In this document: piece by piece, positions 11,076 to 21,953 of the stretch
How the letters are laid out: each line of letters begins with the position of its first letter
How positions within the stretch are numbered: the stretch's first letter is position 1
Assembly: GCA_963791785.1 (NCBI GenBank)
Contig: CAWBTW010000010.1
Span: forward strand, 69,828 to 133,827
From: an uncultured Chloroflexia bacterium
GTDB lineage: Bacteria; Chloroflexota; Anaerolineae; Anaerolineales; Villigracilaceae
Direction of reading: 5' to 3'
Length of the DNA: 64,000 nucleotides
The notes under the pieces: generated by a model
The model's input: only the letters and a program-made list of their open reading frames with translations
The model's database searches: none
What the model was told of the DNA's origin: nothing
Made by a program: the position numbers and the translations under genes

Positions 11076-11221
11076 AAGTGCAACGCTCTTGACTAGTGCC
11101 CGTCCAAGTTGATTTTGATTGTGAAGTTCCTTTTGCGTACAGAAACTTTACCCATCAATAACATGTTGTCCGGGTACTAGAAGTTTTCTCAACCACTCTC
11201 AATATGAAGTGCGTTGCACTT
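11076..11221. repeat. twin-15-mer palindromic element, long copy with a nested insert
   Basis: AAGTGCAACGCTCTT (11076-11090) pairs with AAGTGCGTTGCACTT (11207-11221). It is homologous to the element at 62052-62115. An extra segment of about 85 nt is bounded by ACTAGTGCCCG / CGGGTACTAG. Confidence 0.7.
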
Positions 11222-11288
11222 GTATAGGACAAAGTAACAGAGCGCGAGATATTCAGTAGGGGAAAATCATTAAATATTTCAAAACTAC

Positions 11289-11339
11289 TTGTATCCAAGA
11301 AAAAAATTTGATATACTAAAACTACCGACCGGTCGGTAG
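11289..11339 (+). promoter_or_regulatory. sigma70-like promoter plus an 18-bp perfect palindromic operator upstream of the TetR/beta-oxidation operon
   Basis: TTGTAT (11289-11294), a 17-nt spacer, then TATACT (11312-11317). CTACCGACCGGTCGGTAG (11322-11339) is a perfect palindrome sitting just downstream of the -10 element. Confidence 0.55.
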
Positions 11340-11348
11340 GGAGATTTC

Positions 11349-11909
11349 ATGACACGAGATGACATATTAGACGCTGCTGCGCAGGTCATACGCCAGAAAG
11401 GATTTCATGGCGCATCCATGGCCGACATTGCCGAAGCTGTCAAATTGCAAAAAGCCAGCCTGTACCACCATGTATCCAGCAAGCAGGAGATCTTACTCGC
11501 GCTGCTCGACCGTGCTCTCGACATGCTGATCGAGGGGATTGGCTCAGTTGCAAACCAAAACCTGGCCGCTGACGAGAAACTTCGTCAGATGATTGGTGCC
11601 TATCTTAAAGGTCTGGCCGATAATGCCGACCTGGCTTCCGTGCTTCTATTTGAGCATCGTTCCCTCGAAGGTGAACAGCGTCAGCGCCACGTTCCACAAC
11701 GTGACCGCTTCGAAGCGCTGTGGCGAGATGCCATCGAAGATGGAGTGCAATCTGGCCTGTTCAAGTGTGACGATGTGGCTTTGGCCGTTCGTGCCCTGAT
11801 GGGCACTATGAACTGGACCCTGACCTGGTACCACCCGGACGGGCCGCTCTCGATTGAGCAGATCGCCGATCAATATACCCGGTTGCTCTTGAACGGCTTG
11901 CAAAAGTAA
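11349..11909 (+). CDS. TetR/AcrR family transcriptional regulator
   Basis: Intact 186-aa ORF with an N-terminal HTH (GASMADIAEAVKLQKASLYHHVSSKQEI). It is the first gene of the fatty-acid degradation cluster. Confidence 0.85.
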   Translation: MTRDDILDAAAQVIRQKGFHGASMADIAEAVKLQKASLYHHVSSKQEILLALLDRALDMLIEGIGSVANQNLAADEKLRQMIGAYLKGLADNADLASVLLFEHRSLEGEQRQRHVPQRDRFEALWRDAIEDGVQSGLFKCDDVALAVRALMGTMNWTLTWYHPDGPLSIEQIADQYTRLLLNGLQK

Positions 11910-11911
11910 TC

Positions 11912-13003
11912 ATGGAACGAATGGTTGAGACCCACATGTCCACCCGGTACCAGACATCTTCTGGCATCCGTATTCAGCGCATACCGCTGGAAGCGTTTCC
12001 CAGTTTCTGGGCCTACGCTTATCTGGTTCAAGTGGGCGAATGGAATGTGTTGATCGACACTGGCTCTGGCAGCGAAAGCTCTAATGCGGGCCTCGAAAAC
12101 GGGCTGGCTGAAGCAAACCTGGGCGCGTCAGACCTGACTCACATCCTGCTCACGCATGGTCATATCGATCACTATGGCGGCCTGACTTATTTGCGCGAAC
12201 GCACCCAAGCCCAGATCGGTGTGCACGAACTCGACCTGGGAACAATCACCACACATGAAGCACGTCTGGCCATCCTGAGTCGCAAACTCGAAACCTTCCT
12301 GGCACAGGCTGGTATCCCGGTTGAACGCCGCACCGAATTGTTGACCATGTACCGCTTCACCAAGCAGTTCCATCACTCCGTGCCGGTCGACTTTACCTAT
12401 GAAGCGCAAAACATGCAGGTTGGCCCGTTTGAGATTATCCATGTGCCGGGACATTGCCCTGGACATGTAGCGCTTAAATTGGACGATGTGATCTTTTGTG
12501 GTGACCTGGTTTTGGAAAAGGTGACCCCGCATCAATCTCCCGAAGAACTGCTTCCGTTTATGGGCGTCCGCCATTACCTGGACTCTCTGTCCGTTTTCGA
12601 GCGCTGGGCGAAAGACGCTTCCCTGATCCTGAATGGGCACGACGACCCTATCACCGACCTGCCCGCCCGAATCGCAACAACCCGCGCCAACCTATCCCGC
12701 CGGATTGACCAGACTCTGGATGCATTATCCGAACCGCGCACGCTGGCTCAGGTCACGGAGCAGGTGTATGGCGCGATGAATGGTTACAACGCGCTGTTGG
12801 TTATCGAAAAGATCGGTGCGTATGTTGAATATCTGATACAACGCGGCCTGGCCGAAATCGTCAATGCGGACGAGTTGGAAAGTGATCTGCAGGCCGCGAT
12901 TAAGTATTGTCGTACACAACTTGCTCTAGGCCGGTCTCTGACCGGCATGTTCCATGGTAAATTGTTGGGTCATAGACCCAACGGGAGCGAGCCACACAAA
13001 TAG
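11912..13003 (+). CDS. MBL-fold metallo-hydrolase
   Basis: Intact 363-aa ORF with the HxHxDH motif (LLTHGHIDHYGG). Confidence 0.8.
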   Translation: MERMVETHMSTRYQTSSGIRIQRIPLEAFPSFWAYAYLVQVGEWNVLIDTGSGSESSNAGLENGLAEANLGASDLTHILLTHGHIDHYGGLTYLRERTQAQIGVHELDLGTITTHEARLAILSRKLETFLAQAGIPVERRTELLTMYRFTKQFHHSVPVDFTYEAQNMQVGPFEIIHVPGHCPGHVALKLDDVIFCGDLVLEKVTPHQSPEELLPFMGVRHYLDSLSVFERWAKDASLILNGHDDPITDLPARIATTRANLSRRIDQTLDALSEPRTLAQVTEQVYGAMNGYNALLVIEKIGAYVEYLIQRGLAEIVNADELESDLQAAIKYCRTQLALGRSLTGMFHGKLLGHRPNGSEPHK

Positions 13004-13036
13004 ATTTTGTAAAAATACTACCAAAGGAGAGGGCTT

Positions 13037-14133
13037 ATGTATTCGTTTGAACCCAATGAAGAGCAACAAATGCTGCTCGAAGCGGTTGGGCGCTACGCCG
13101 AAAACGACCTGCGTCCAGCCGGGCACGACGCCGAGGAAGAAGGTGTTTTGCCGGAAAAAGTTGTAAATAAGGGCTGGGAGATGGGTGTATTACAAGCCTC
13201 CGTGCCGGAAGCTTACGGCGGCTTCGGCGAACGCTCGGCCGTGACTGGCGTGTTGGCAATGGAGGAAATGGCTTTTGGCGACCTGGCCGGGACGCTGGCT
13301 GTTAACGTGCCGTCGTTGTTCGTAACGCCAATCCTGTTGGTTGGCTCGGAAGAGCAAAAGAAGGAATATATCCCCCCAGTCATCGAGATGGATTGGCAGC
13401 CTTACACCGCCGCCTTGATCGAGTACGCGTTGGATTTCGATCCGCTCGAACTCAAGACCACCGCAAAAGCCTCCGGCGATAGTTATGTGCTGGATGGCGA
13501 AAAGGCTTTTGTCCCGTATGCCAAAGATGCCGAAGCGATGATTGTCTATGCCAGTCTGGGGGGGACACGCAGGGATTCATTGTCCCGAAAGGCGTGGCAG
13601 GCCTATCGGTCGAGGATGAGGCGGAGAAGCTCATGAGCCTGAATGCGCTGCCAACCTACCGGGTCAAGCTGGATGGGGTAAAAGTCTCCAAAGCTAATCG
13701 TCTGGGTGGCGAAGGCGGTCATGATTTCCAACCCGTTTTGGCGTCCATGCGTGTGGCGCTGGCTGCGATGGCGGTCGGTGTGGCGAAGGCGGCCTTCGAG
13801 TACAGCCGAGATTATGCCAAGGAGCGCGAAGTCTTCGGCGTCAAAGTGGCACAGAAGCAGGCCATCGCGTTCATGCTGGCTGAGATGGCAACCGAGATCG
13901 AAGCCAGCCGCATATTGACCTGGGAAGCGGCCTGGAAACTGGATACCGGCAAAGAGGACGCTTTCAAGGATGCTTACCTGGCGGCCACCGGCGCAGCGGA
14001 TATGGCCATGATGGTCACCGACCGCGCAGTGCAGATTTTGGGCGGCTACGGCTACATCCGTGAGTATCCGGTTGAGATGTGGATGCGCAACGGGCGTGGC
14101 TTTGCCATGCTGACCGGCCTGGCGATTGTATAG
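13037..14133 (+). pseudogene. acyl-CoA dehydrogenase with one frame disruption in a G7 run near 13557
   Basis: Fragments 13037-13636 and 13594-14133. The reading ..MIVYASLGG[D]TQGFIVPKGVAGLSVEDE.. is restored if the G7 run is G8. The C-terminus has ..GGYGYIREYPVEMWMRN... Confidence 0.8.
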
Positions 14134-14146
14134 GTGGAGGTGAGAG

Positions 14147-15413
14147 ATGAGTATTGAATTTGAGACCCCCAAACCGATAGCGCAACAGCAATTTGTACTG
14201 AAAACCGTTGCCGAGGAAATGATGCGCTCTGTTTCACGTCAACTGGACGAAAACGAGCACATGATCCCGTACAGCTACATCGAGTTTATGCATGCGGCTA
14301 TGAAGGCTACCGGTGCCGGCTCGCTGGCGCCTAAAGATGAGAAAAAAGAAGAAGATCCCAACAAACCAAAACGTCCTCCGATCGGGTATCAGTTGTTGGC
14401 TCACATGCTGGAGATGCTCTCGTGGGGCGACGTGGGTATGTATCTTGTAACCCCCGGCGGCGGGTTGGGCGCGGCTGCGGTGGAAGCTGCTGCATCGCCC
14501 GAACAGAAGAAAAAGTTCCTGGCGCGCTTCGGCGAGGAGAAACCGACCTTTGCTGCCATGTGTATGACCGAACCTGGCGCTGGCTCGGACACTTCAGCCA
14601 TCAAAACAACTGCTGTGCTGGATGAAAAAACCAATGAATGGGTGCTTAACGGCGAGAAGATATTTGTCACGGCTGGACACAAGTCCATGGTGCCGGATGA
14701 GAAGTTTGGCAAGGGGTTTATCGTGGTCTGGGCTTCGATTGATCCGAGCGCGGGCCGGGCTGGGATGCGCGGCTTCGTGGTCGAAGCTGGGACGCCGGGC
14801 GTGACGGTCACCAAGTTGGAAGCATAAATTGGGCATCCGTGCCAGTGATACGGCGGCCATCTCGCTGGTGGACGCGCGCGTGCCTTTTGAAAATGTGCTT
14901 GGCAGTCCAACGGTTGAGAAGCAAACACAAAAGGGTTTTAAGAAAGCCATGGCTACTTTCGATGCTACCCGCCCGCTTGTGGCGGCGACAGGTATCGGCG
15001 TGGCGCGGGCTGCGCTGGAATTCGTAAAGGAGAAGCTGGCCGAGAACGGCATTGAGATCCGTTATGGGCTACCGCGCAACAAGCTGACCAATATCGAGCG
15101 CGAAGTGATTGATATGGAGATCATGCTGCGCTCCGGTTGGCTGATGATTATCAAGGCGGTCTGGATGGCAGACAATGGCAAGCCCAATGCGCTTGAGTCA
15201 TCCATGAGCAAGGTCAAGGCTGGGGATGTAACCACCAGGATCACGCAGAAGGCAGTCGAGTTGCTTGGGCCGCTGGGCTACAGCCGCGAATTCCTGCTTG
15301 AGAAATGGTTCCGCGATGCCAAGATTACCGACATCTACGAGGGCACGGGGCAGATCAACCGTCTCGTTGTAGCGCGGCAGATTCTGGGCTATAGCGGACG
15401 CGAACTCCGATAA
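14147..15413 (+). pseudogene. acyl-CoA dehydrogenase with one frame disruption at about 14823
   Basis: Fragments 14147-14827 and 14829-15413. Deleting the g in TTGGAAgCATAAATTGGGC gives KLEHKLGIRASD. Motifs TEPGAGSD and EGTGQINRLVVAR are present. Confidence 0.8.
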
Positions 15414-15501
15414 TTGGGAAATGGGAATTGGGAATCGTGTTTTGGGTGCCGACAAATATCGACTCCCAAATACCGATTCCCGTTCCGAAGGAGAAAAAAA
15501 C

Positions 15502-17884
15502 ATGAAATATCACGTTCATAAAGCTGTCGTCATCGGTGCAGGGACTATGGGTGCTTCGTTGGCAGCGCATTTTGCCAATGCGGGCATCCCGGTCACGCTT
15601 TTGGACATTGTTCCAAAAGATGCGCCGAAGGATGACAAAAAAGCACGCAATAAGATCGTACAAGCGGGTTGGGATGCCTGCCTGAAAGGAAAACCCGCCA
15701 ACATCATGTCTTCGGGTTTGAAGACCTTTGTTTCGCTAGGCAATCTCGAAGATGATTTTGATGTCATTGGCGAAGCTGATCTGGTGATCGAGGCCATCAT
15801 CGAAAACCTGAAGATCAAACAGAGCTTGATGGAGCGTATCGATAAGATTCGCAAGGAAACCGGCATCATTGCCACCAACACGTCTGGCATCCCGGTCAAA
15901 GATATTGCAGAAGGGCGCTCGGATGGTTTCAAGCAGCACTTCCTGGGGATGCACTTCTTCAATCCGCCGCGATACCTGAAACTGCTGGAAGTCATCCCAA
16001 CCGATGATACTTCGCCAGAAGTGGTTGAGTTCATTAGTCATTTTGGCGAGTTCCGGTTGGGGAAGGGCATCGTGTTGTGCAAGGATACGCCCAACTTCAT
16101 CGGCAACCGTCTGGCCTTTGGGACGGGCTCGTTCAGCATGCACTACATCCTTGAAAACGGCTACACCGTTGACGAGGTGGATAACATCACCGGCCCGTTG
16201 ATTGGACGCCCGAAGACAGCTACCTTCCGATTGATTGACCTGGTCGGTATTGATGTCTGGGAGCATGTCGGCAAGAACTTAGCTCCTGCGATTCCACACG
16301 ATGAATTGGGACAAAAATACCTTGCATCGGAGAAACCGGCCAAGTTGATTTCTGCGATGGTTGAAAAAGGCTGGTTGGGGAATAAGACCAAGGTCGGTTT
16401 CTACAAGATGGTGCGCGAAGATGGGAAGAAGAAATTCCTGTCATTAGATTTAGAAACGCTGGAACACACGCCTGCGGAGAAGCCGCGCTTTGATTCTGTT
16501 GGCAAGGCGCGAAAGGGCGAAACGTTGGGTGAAAAACTCAAGGTCATGCTGAATGAAGATGACAAGGCCGCCAAATTGGTTCAGGCCCTGACCTATCAGT
16601 CTTTCCAGTATGCATCCACCATTATTCCCGAGGTGGCCGATACGCCCAAACCGCTGGATGACGCCAGTCGCTGGGGCTTTATGCACGAAGCCGGTCCCTT
16701 TGAAACCTGGGACATGCTCGGTGTGGCGGACACGGTCGAAGTGATGAAGGCCGAGGGCTACGCTCCTGCTGATTGGGTCGAAGGCATGCTCAAGTCCGGG
16801 AAGGATGCGTTCTATCAGTACGAGAACGGGACCAAGGTCGGCGTCTACGATGTCACTAAAGGAGACTATGTCCGCATCGAACGTACCCCGGGCCTGGTTC
16901 TGCTTAGTGAACAAAAGGAAATCACTAAGAACGCTGGCGCCACCTTGTACGACATGGGGGACGGCATCGCCTGCGTAGAGTTCCATACCAAGATGAACGC
17001 GCTCGATGATGACATCTTCGAGATCGTCAACGAGGGCTCTGAACCGCGCCGAAACTGAATTTGACGGTTTGGTGATCGGCAACGAAGCCGACAACTTCAG
17101 CGCAGGAGCGAACTTGTTCATGGTGGTGGTCGCCGCCCAGCAAAAAATGTGGGATCAACTTGAAGGAGCCGTCAAGAAATTGCAAGATATGAACATGCGC
17201 ATGCGCTACTTCCCCAAGCCGGTGGTGATCGCCCCGGCCGGGTTGGCGTTGGGAGGCGGCTGCGAAGTGACTATGCACGGCTCCCGTATCGTAGCCGCAG
17301 CCGAAACTTATATCGGCCTGGTGGAACTGGGCGCGGGAGTTATCCCGGCTGGCGCTGGTACAAAAGAGATTATGCGCCGCGTGATCAATCCCGCGATGAA
17401 AACCCAGGATGCTGAAGTGCTGCCGTTCTTGCAGCGAGCCTTCCTGCAGATTGGACAGGCCAAGGTGGCCACCAGCGCCTGGGAAGCGCGCGACATGGGT
17501 ATCTTTGGCCCGCAAGATCGCATCGTGCTCAACCGTGACCATCTGCTGACCGAAGCCAAGAAAGAAGTGCTGCACATGGTGAACGCGGGTTATGCCCCGC
17601 CCGCACCAGAACTGATCTATGCTGCCGGGCGAGATATGCGCGGCGCGCTGCTAGTGGGTGCCTGGATGTTTGCGCAGGGCGGCTACATTACTGAGTACGA
17701 ACAGGTGATCGCCAGCAAGCTGACAAATGTGTTGGCAGGCGGTGAGCTGAGCAAACCGACCTGGGTCAGCGAGCAATATGTCCTCGACTTGGAGCGTGAA
17801 GCTTTCCTGTCACTGTGCGGTAATGAGAAAACCCAGGAGCGCATGTGGTCCTTGCTGAACACCGGCAAACCACTGCGGAATTAG
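15502..17884 (+). pseudogene. 3-hydroxyacyl-CoA dehydrogenase / enoyl-CoA hydratase fusion (FadN type) with one frame disruption near 17035
   Basis: ATG 15502 follows GAAGGAG. Rossmann motif VIGAGTMGASLAAHFANAGIPVTLLD. The junction GAGGGCtCTGAACCGC restores ..NEGLNRAETEFDGLVIGNEADNFSAGANL.. when one nucleotide is removed. Confidence 0.8.
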
Positions 17885-17894
17885 GAGGTGTGAT

Positions 17895-19078
17895 ATGACA
17901 CGAGATGCTGTTATCGTAAGCGCGGTGCGGACTCCCATTGGGAAAGCCAAACGTGGAGGAACTCGCCACGGTTCGTCCCGACGATCTGGCTGTTGCCGTT
18001 ATCAAAGAATTACTCAAGCGGACACCGAAACTTGATCCTGTTGAAATTGACGATGTCATCATTGGCTGCGCTTTCCCAGAAGGCGAGCAGGGTATGAATA
18101 TGGCGCGCATGGTTGCCCTGACCGCGGGTTTGCCCGAATTTGTCCCGGCTGAGACTATCAACCGTTTCTGCTCGTCGGGTGTGCAGGCCATTGCGCATGC
18201 GGCCTATGCCATCCAATCCGGCGATATTGACGTTGCCATTGCAGGCGGTACCGAATCCATGACAATGGTGCCGATGACGGGTTATAAGTTCTCGCCCAAC
18301 CCCATTGTTGCTTCGGATTATCCACAGTACTTCACAAACATGGGATTGACGGCTGAAAACGTGGCCGAGAAATACAATATCAGCCGTGAAGATCAGGACG
18401 CCTTTGCACTTGGCTTCCAACCAGAAAGCTGCCAAAGCCGTTGAAAGCGGACTGTTCGATCCAGAACTGATCCCGATCGATGTGGAAGTGGTTGAGTATG
18501 TGGACGGCAAAGCTGAAACCAGGAAATTTACCGTTGCGCGCGATGAAGGTCCGCGGGGCGATTTAACCATTGAGGGTTTGGCAAAATTACGTGCAGCCTT
18601 CAAGGAAGGCGGCACAGCCACAGCCGGTAACTCGTCCCAGATGTCGGATGGCGCGGCGGGTGTAGTCATCATGTCCGCAGAAAAAGCGGAAGAGCTGGGG
18701 CTTAAGCCGATGGCGCGCTTTGTAAATTTCGCGGTGGGTGGCGTTCCACCGGAGATCATGGGAATGGGCCCGGTTGCAGCCATCCCAAAGGTTTTGGAAA
18801 AGGCCGGGATGAAGCTCGAAGATATCGAGCTAATTGAATTGAATGAGGCCTTCGCAGCCCAATCGCTGGCGGTCATACGCGAACTAAAGCTGGACGAGAG
18901 CAAAATCAACGTCAACGGTGGCGCGATTGCTCTTGGTCATCCGCTGGGATGCACCGGTGCAAAGCTGACCACGCAATTACTTTACGAAATGGGTCGTCGC
19001 AAGTCCAAGTATGGTATGGTGACCATGTGCATTGGCGGCGGCATGGGGGCCGCGGCGGTTTTTGAGAATTTACAATAA
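17895..19078 (+). pseudogene. acetyl-CoA acyltransferase (thiolase) with two frame disruptions (about 17955 and about 18415)
   Basis: ATG 17895 follows AGGAGG (MTRDAVIVSAVRTPIGKAKRG..). Motifs: [39 protein letters not shown]. Both phase steps equal +1 nt. Confidence 0.85.
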
Positions 19079-19082
19079 AATT

Positions 19083-19129
19083 CCCTCACCCCAACCCCTC
19101 TCCCTTAGGGAGAGGGGCAGGGGTGAGGG
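19083..19129. repeat. nested-palindrome repeat element, intergenic copy
   Basis: CCCTCACCCC-AA-CCCCTCTCCC-TTA-GGGAGAGGGG-CA-GGGGTGAGGG, lying between the thiolase stop and the SCP2 start. Confidence 0.85.
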
Positions 19130-19147
19130 CTAATCAAAGGAGAAAAT

Positions 19148-19474
19148 ATGCCCCTCACAATTACAGACCTGATGTCCAAGATGCCCGGCGCGTTCCTGCC
19201 GGAGAAAGCCCCCGGTTTGGATGCCGTTATCCAGTTTAAGTTTACCGGGGAAGAACCCGGTGACTGGTATGCTGCTATTAAAGACGATAAAGTCGAAGTC
19301 AAACAGGGTGAGCATGAAAACCCCAAGATGACCCTGACCGCTGACTCCGGCGACTACGTCAAAATATTTACCGGTGAAATTGACGGCATGCAGGCCTTCA
19401 TGCAGGGCAAGCTCAAGCTGGCAGGAGACCTGAACCTGGCGATGAAACTGACGCAAATGTTCAAGATACGGTAA
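19148..19474 (+). CDS. SCP2 sterol/lipid-binding domain protein
   Basis: Intact 108-aa ORF ending ..FMQGKLKLAGDLNLAMKLTQMF... It is the last gene of the beta-oxidation operon. Confidence 0.75.
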   Translation: MPLTITDLMSKMPGAFLPEKAPGLDAVIQFKFTGEEPGDWYAAIKDDKVEVKQGEHENPKMTLTADSGDYVKIFTGEIDGMQAFMQGKLKLAGDLNLAMKLTQMFKIR

Positions 19475-19480
19475 GAAAAG

Positions 19481-19511
19481 AGCGGCGACCGGAAGGTCGC
19501 CGCTGACTTTT
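19481..19511 (+). terminator. intrinsic terminator
   Basis: AGCGGCGACC-GGAA-GGTCGCCGCT forms a 10-bp stem with a tetraloop and is followed by GACTTTT. Confidence 0.7.
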
Positions 19512-19695
19512 AGAGCACGATCCCAAAGTGGATCTTCAGTAGTCCTTGGTACTCCGTATCATTTTAGGGCATCCACTAGACTTCGGAGTTTTCCAAAAAC
19601 TACGAAGTCTTTTACTACTTTCTATTTCTTCCGTGGTTAGCAAAAAAAGCCTTAGCATAAATGCGCCAAGGATCAAAAGGGAATAAGTAATACTT

Positions 19696-21040
19696 TCACC
19701 TCTCCAACAATCCCAACACCACCGGCAATAACTGCTTCTTCCTGGAAACCACACCTTCGGCGCGGCGGGTGCCGTCGGGTTGGGTGGGGTAGGGCAGGTC
19801 GTTCAGTTCGGGCGGTTCGTCGGTGATCAGCAGGCGGCTGGAGCCGCGTACCACGTCTGTGACCATCAGCATGGCGAAGTCTAAGGCGCGTTTGTCGCGC
19901 AGGGCTTTCAGGGAGGCATTCAGGTTATCGAGATGCTTGGCCAGTTGCAACAGGTCGGTCACTTCGGCCTGGGCGATGGCAAAGCGGTAGTTGCCGGCTT
20001 CGTAGGCTTTCAGGTCGGTGCTGACCACATCGCCGGGGTCGCGCGAGGAAAGTCCCGCGCCTGCGCTGACTACTTGCTCACCATAAGATTGCACGGTTTC
20101 GTCTGCCAGCGGTCCGCTTTTGACAAAGGCCCAGCGTCCCAAACGCTCGGCGGCTTTCTTGTCCCGTTCGGTGGTGGTGGGGGAGGTCAGAATGAGCGTA
20201 TCGGAGACCAGCCCGGAGAGCAGCATCCCGGCGATCTGGGGCGGCGCGGCCAGCCCGGCCTCCTCGATCTGCTCGGAGACCAGCGTGCTGGTGCTGCCGA
20301 CGATGTCCACGGTGAAGCGGATAGGGGTATGCGTGGAGGGGTTGCCCAGGCGATGATGATCGAGGATTTCGAGCAGGTCGGCATCTTCGAGATGCGCCAA
20401 TGCCTGGCGCGGCTCGTTGTGGTCTACCAGTACGATTTGCAGGCGCGGCGGGTTGAGCACATCCCGCTGGCGGCAGACGCCCACGTATTGGTCGGATTCG
20501 TCCACCACCCAGAAATCGTCGCCTTCTTCGCGCAGGATGCGGTTGAGCGAATCACGGATGCGGCCGCCGATCTTGAATTTGGGCACTTGCGTGTCGCACA
20601 CATCTTTGCAGGGCAGTTCCAGGATTTCTGAGATGGGGGTTTCCTGCCGGCGCGGGTGTGGGCCTACGATCTGGGTCAAATACGCGAACAGGCTGGCCCC
20701 ATTCACCAGGCCGAAGGGCGTGCCATCTTCGCTTACAACGGGAGCAACTCCCCAGGTGCGCGAGGCGATCGCCCAGGCATCCCGTAACGGAGAATCTGGT
20801 GTGGCGGTATCCAGCCTGCGGGTCACGGCTTCGAAGCGCGGCGAGGCGTCGTTCAGCAGCATGGGTGCGTCCAGTTCCAGTTTCTTCAGCACCCAGGCCG
20901 TTTGCGGATTGATGCGCTCCGGCGCGCGCAGCGACGGCATCTATACCATCACGTTCTCGCAGGCACCAGGCATAACCCAGCGCGGCGGCGATCGAGTCGG
21001 TATCGGGGTTGACGTGTCCAATCACATAAATGTTTTCCAT
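19696..21040 (-). pseudogene. CBS-domain-containing DHH/DHHA2 family II inorganic pyrophosphatase with one frame disruption near 20940
   Basis: The N-terminus MENIYVIGHVNPDTDSIAAALGYAW (ATG 21040) lies in ORF 20552-21205 and continues in ORF 19696-20940. Motifs LVDHNE and ILDHHRLG. The phase step equals +1 nt. Confidence 0.75.
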
Positions 21041-21042
21041 TC

Positions 21043-21945
21043 CTACCTCTCGATTGTGGCTCCGACGTGTAAAAACGGGTTGTTGGGTAAGCCAGGTCGA
21101 TATCGGTGTGCTGGGCAAAGGCGCGCAGAATGTCTTCCCACAAAACCTGTGCCGAGCCGCGGCGCTGGCGCGGCCTGCATAGATAACGGATGGTGAGCAA
21201 CACACCGGAGTCCAGCACGTTGGTGTAAACGATGGGGGTCAGCTTGTCGTACTTGAGCAGGAATTTTCGTGCAGCGGCCTCAAACTCTTTTGCAGCCGCC
21301 CCTTCTTGCGAAACATCGTGCCGATCTGGCGATCTCCTGCAAAATACCTTTGGCCTTCTCCCAGTCACTTTCAAAGGTGATCAAAACAGGGATCTCGTTC
21401 CAGATGTATTTTGGGCCGTGGGTGAAATTTGCAACCGGACTGGTGAAGATCATGCCGTTTGGGATGTGCAGGATGCGACCGGTGGATTGATCGGCATCGA
21501 CCCAGTTGCCAATTTCCATCATGGAAAAAAGGAAGACGCGCTGATCGACGACATCTCCGGCGTGAGCGCCGATCTCAATTCGATCCCCGACTTCAAACGG
21601 CTTCCGCCATAGGATGAATATCCAGGCGACGATGTCAGTGATCGGGTCCTTCAGCGCGATCGCCAGACCGGCAGAAACCAATCCCAGGTAAGTGGCCGCC
21701 GACTGTATCCCCTCGATCCACACCAGGCTGATGGACAAAATGCCAATGGTGGTGAAAGTGTATCCCAACGCTTTTTTCCACTGATAGCGCCTGTCCGCTG
21801 TTTTAATGCGTTGTACGACATTGCTGAGCAATAAACGGTGAATCACCCATAGCGAAACTACGATTCCGAACGAGATGAAGAGCTTACGCTGCGCGGCAGG
21901 GTCTATCCCTAGGTAAGCCCCCAGCCAATTGATGATATCATCCAT
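21043..21945 (-). pseudogene. MscS-family mechanosensitive channel with a frame disruption near 21320 and probably another near 21075
   Basis: Start MDDIINWLG (ATG 21945). ..GLAIALKDPITDIVAWIFILWRKPFEVGDRIEIG.. continues in ORF 20949-21374 (..LTIRYLCRPRQRRG..). The proposed stop TAG at 21043-21045 requires a shift in the T run and is uncertain. Confidence 0.65.
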
Positions 21946-21953
21946 ATCCCGAA

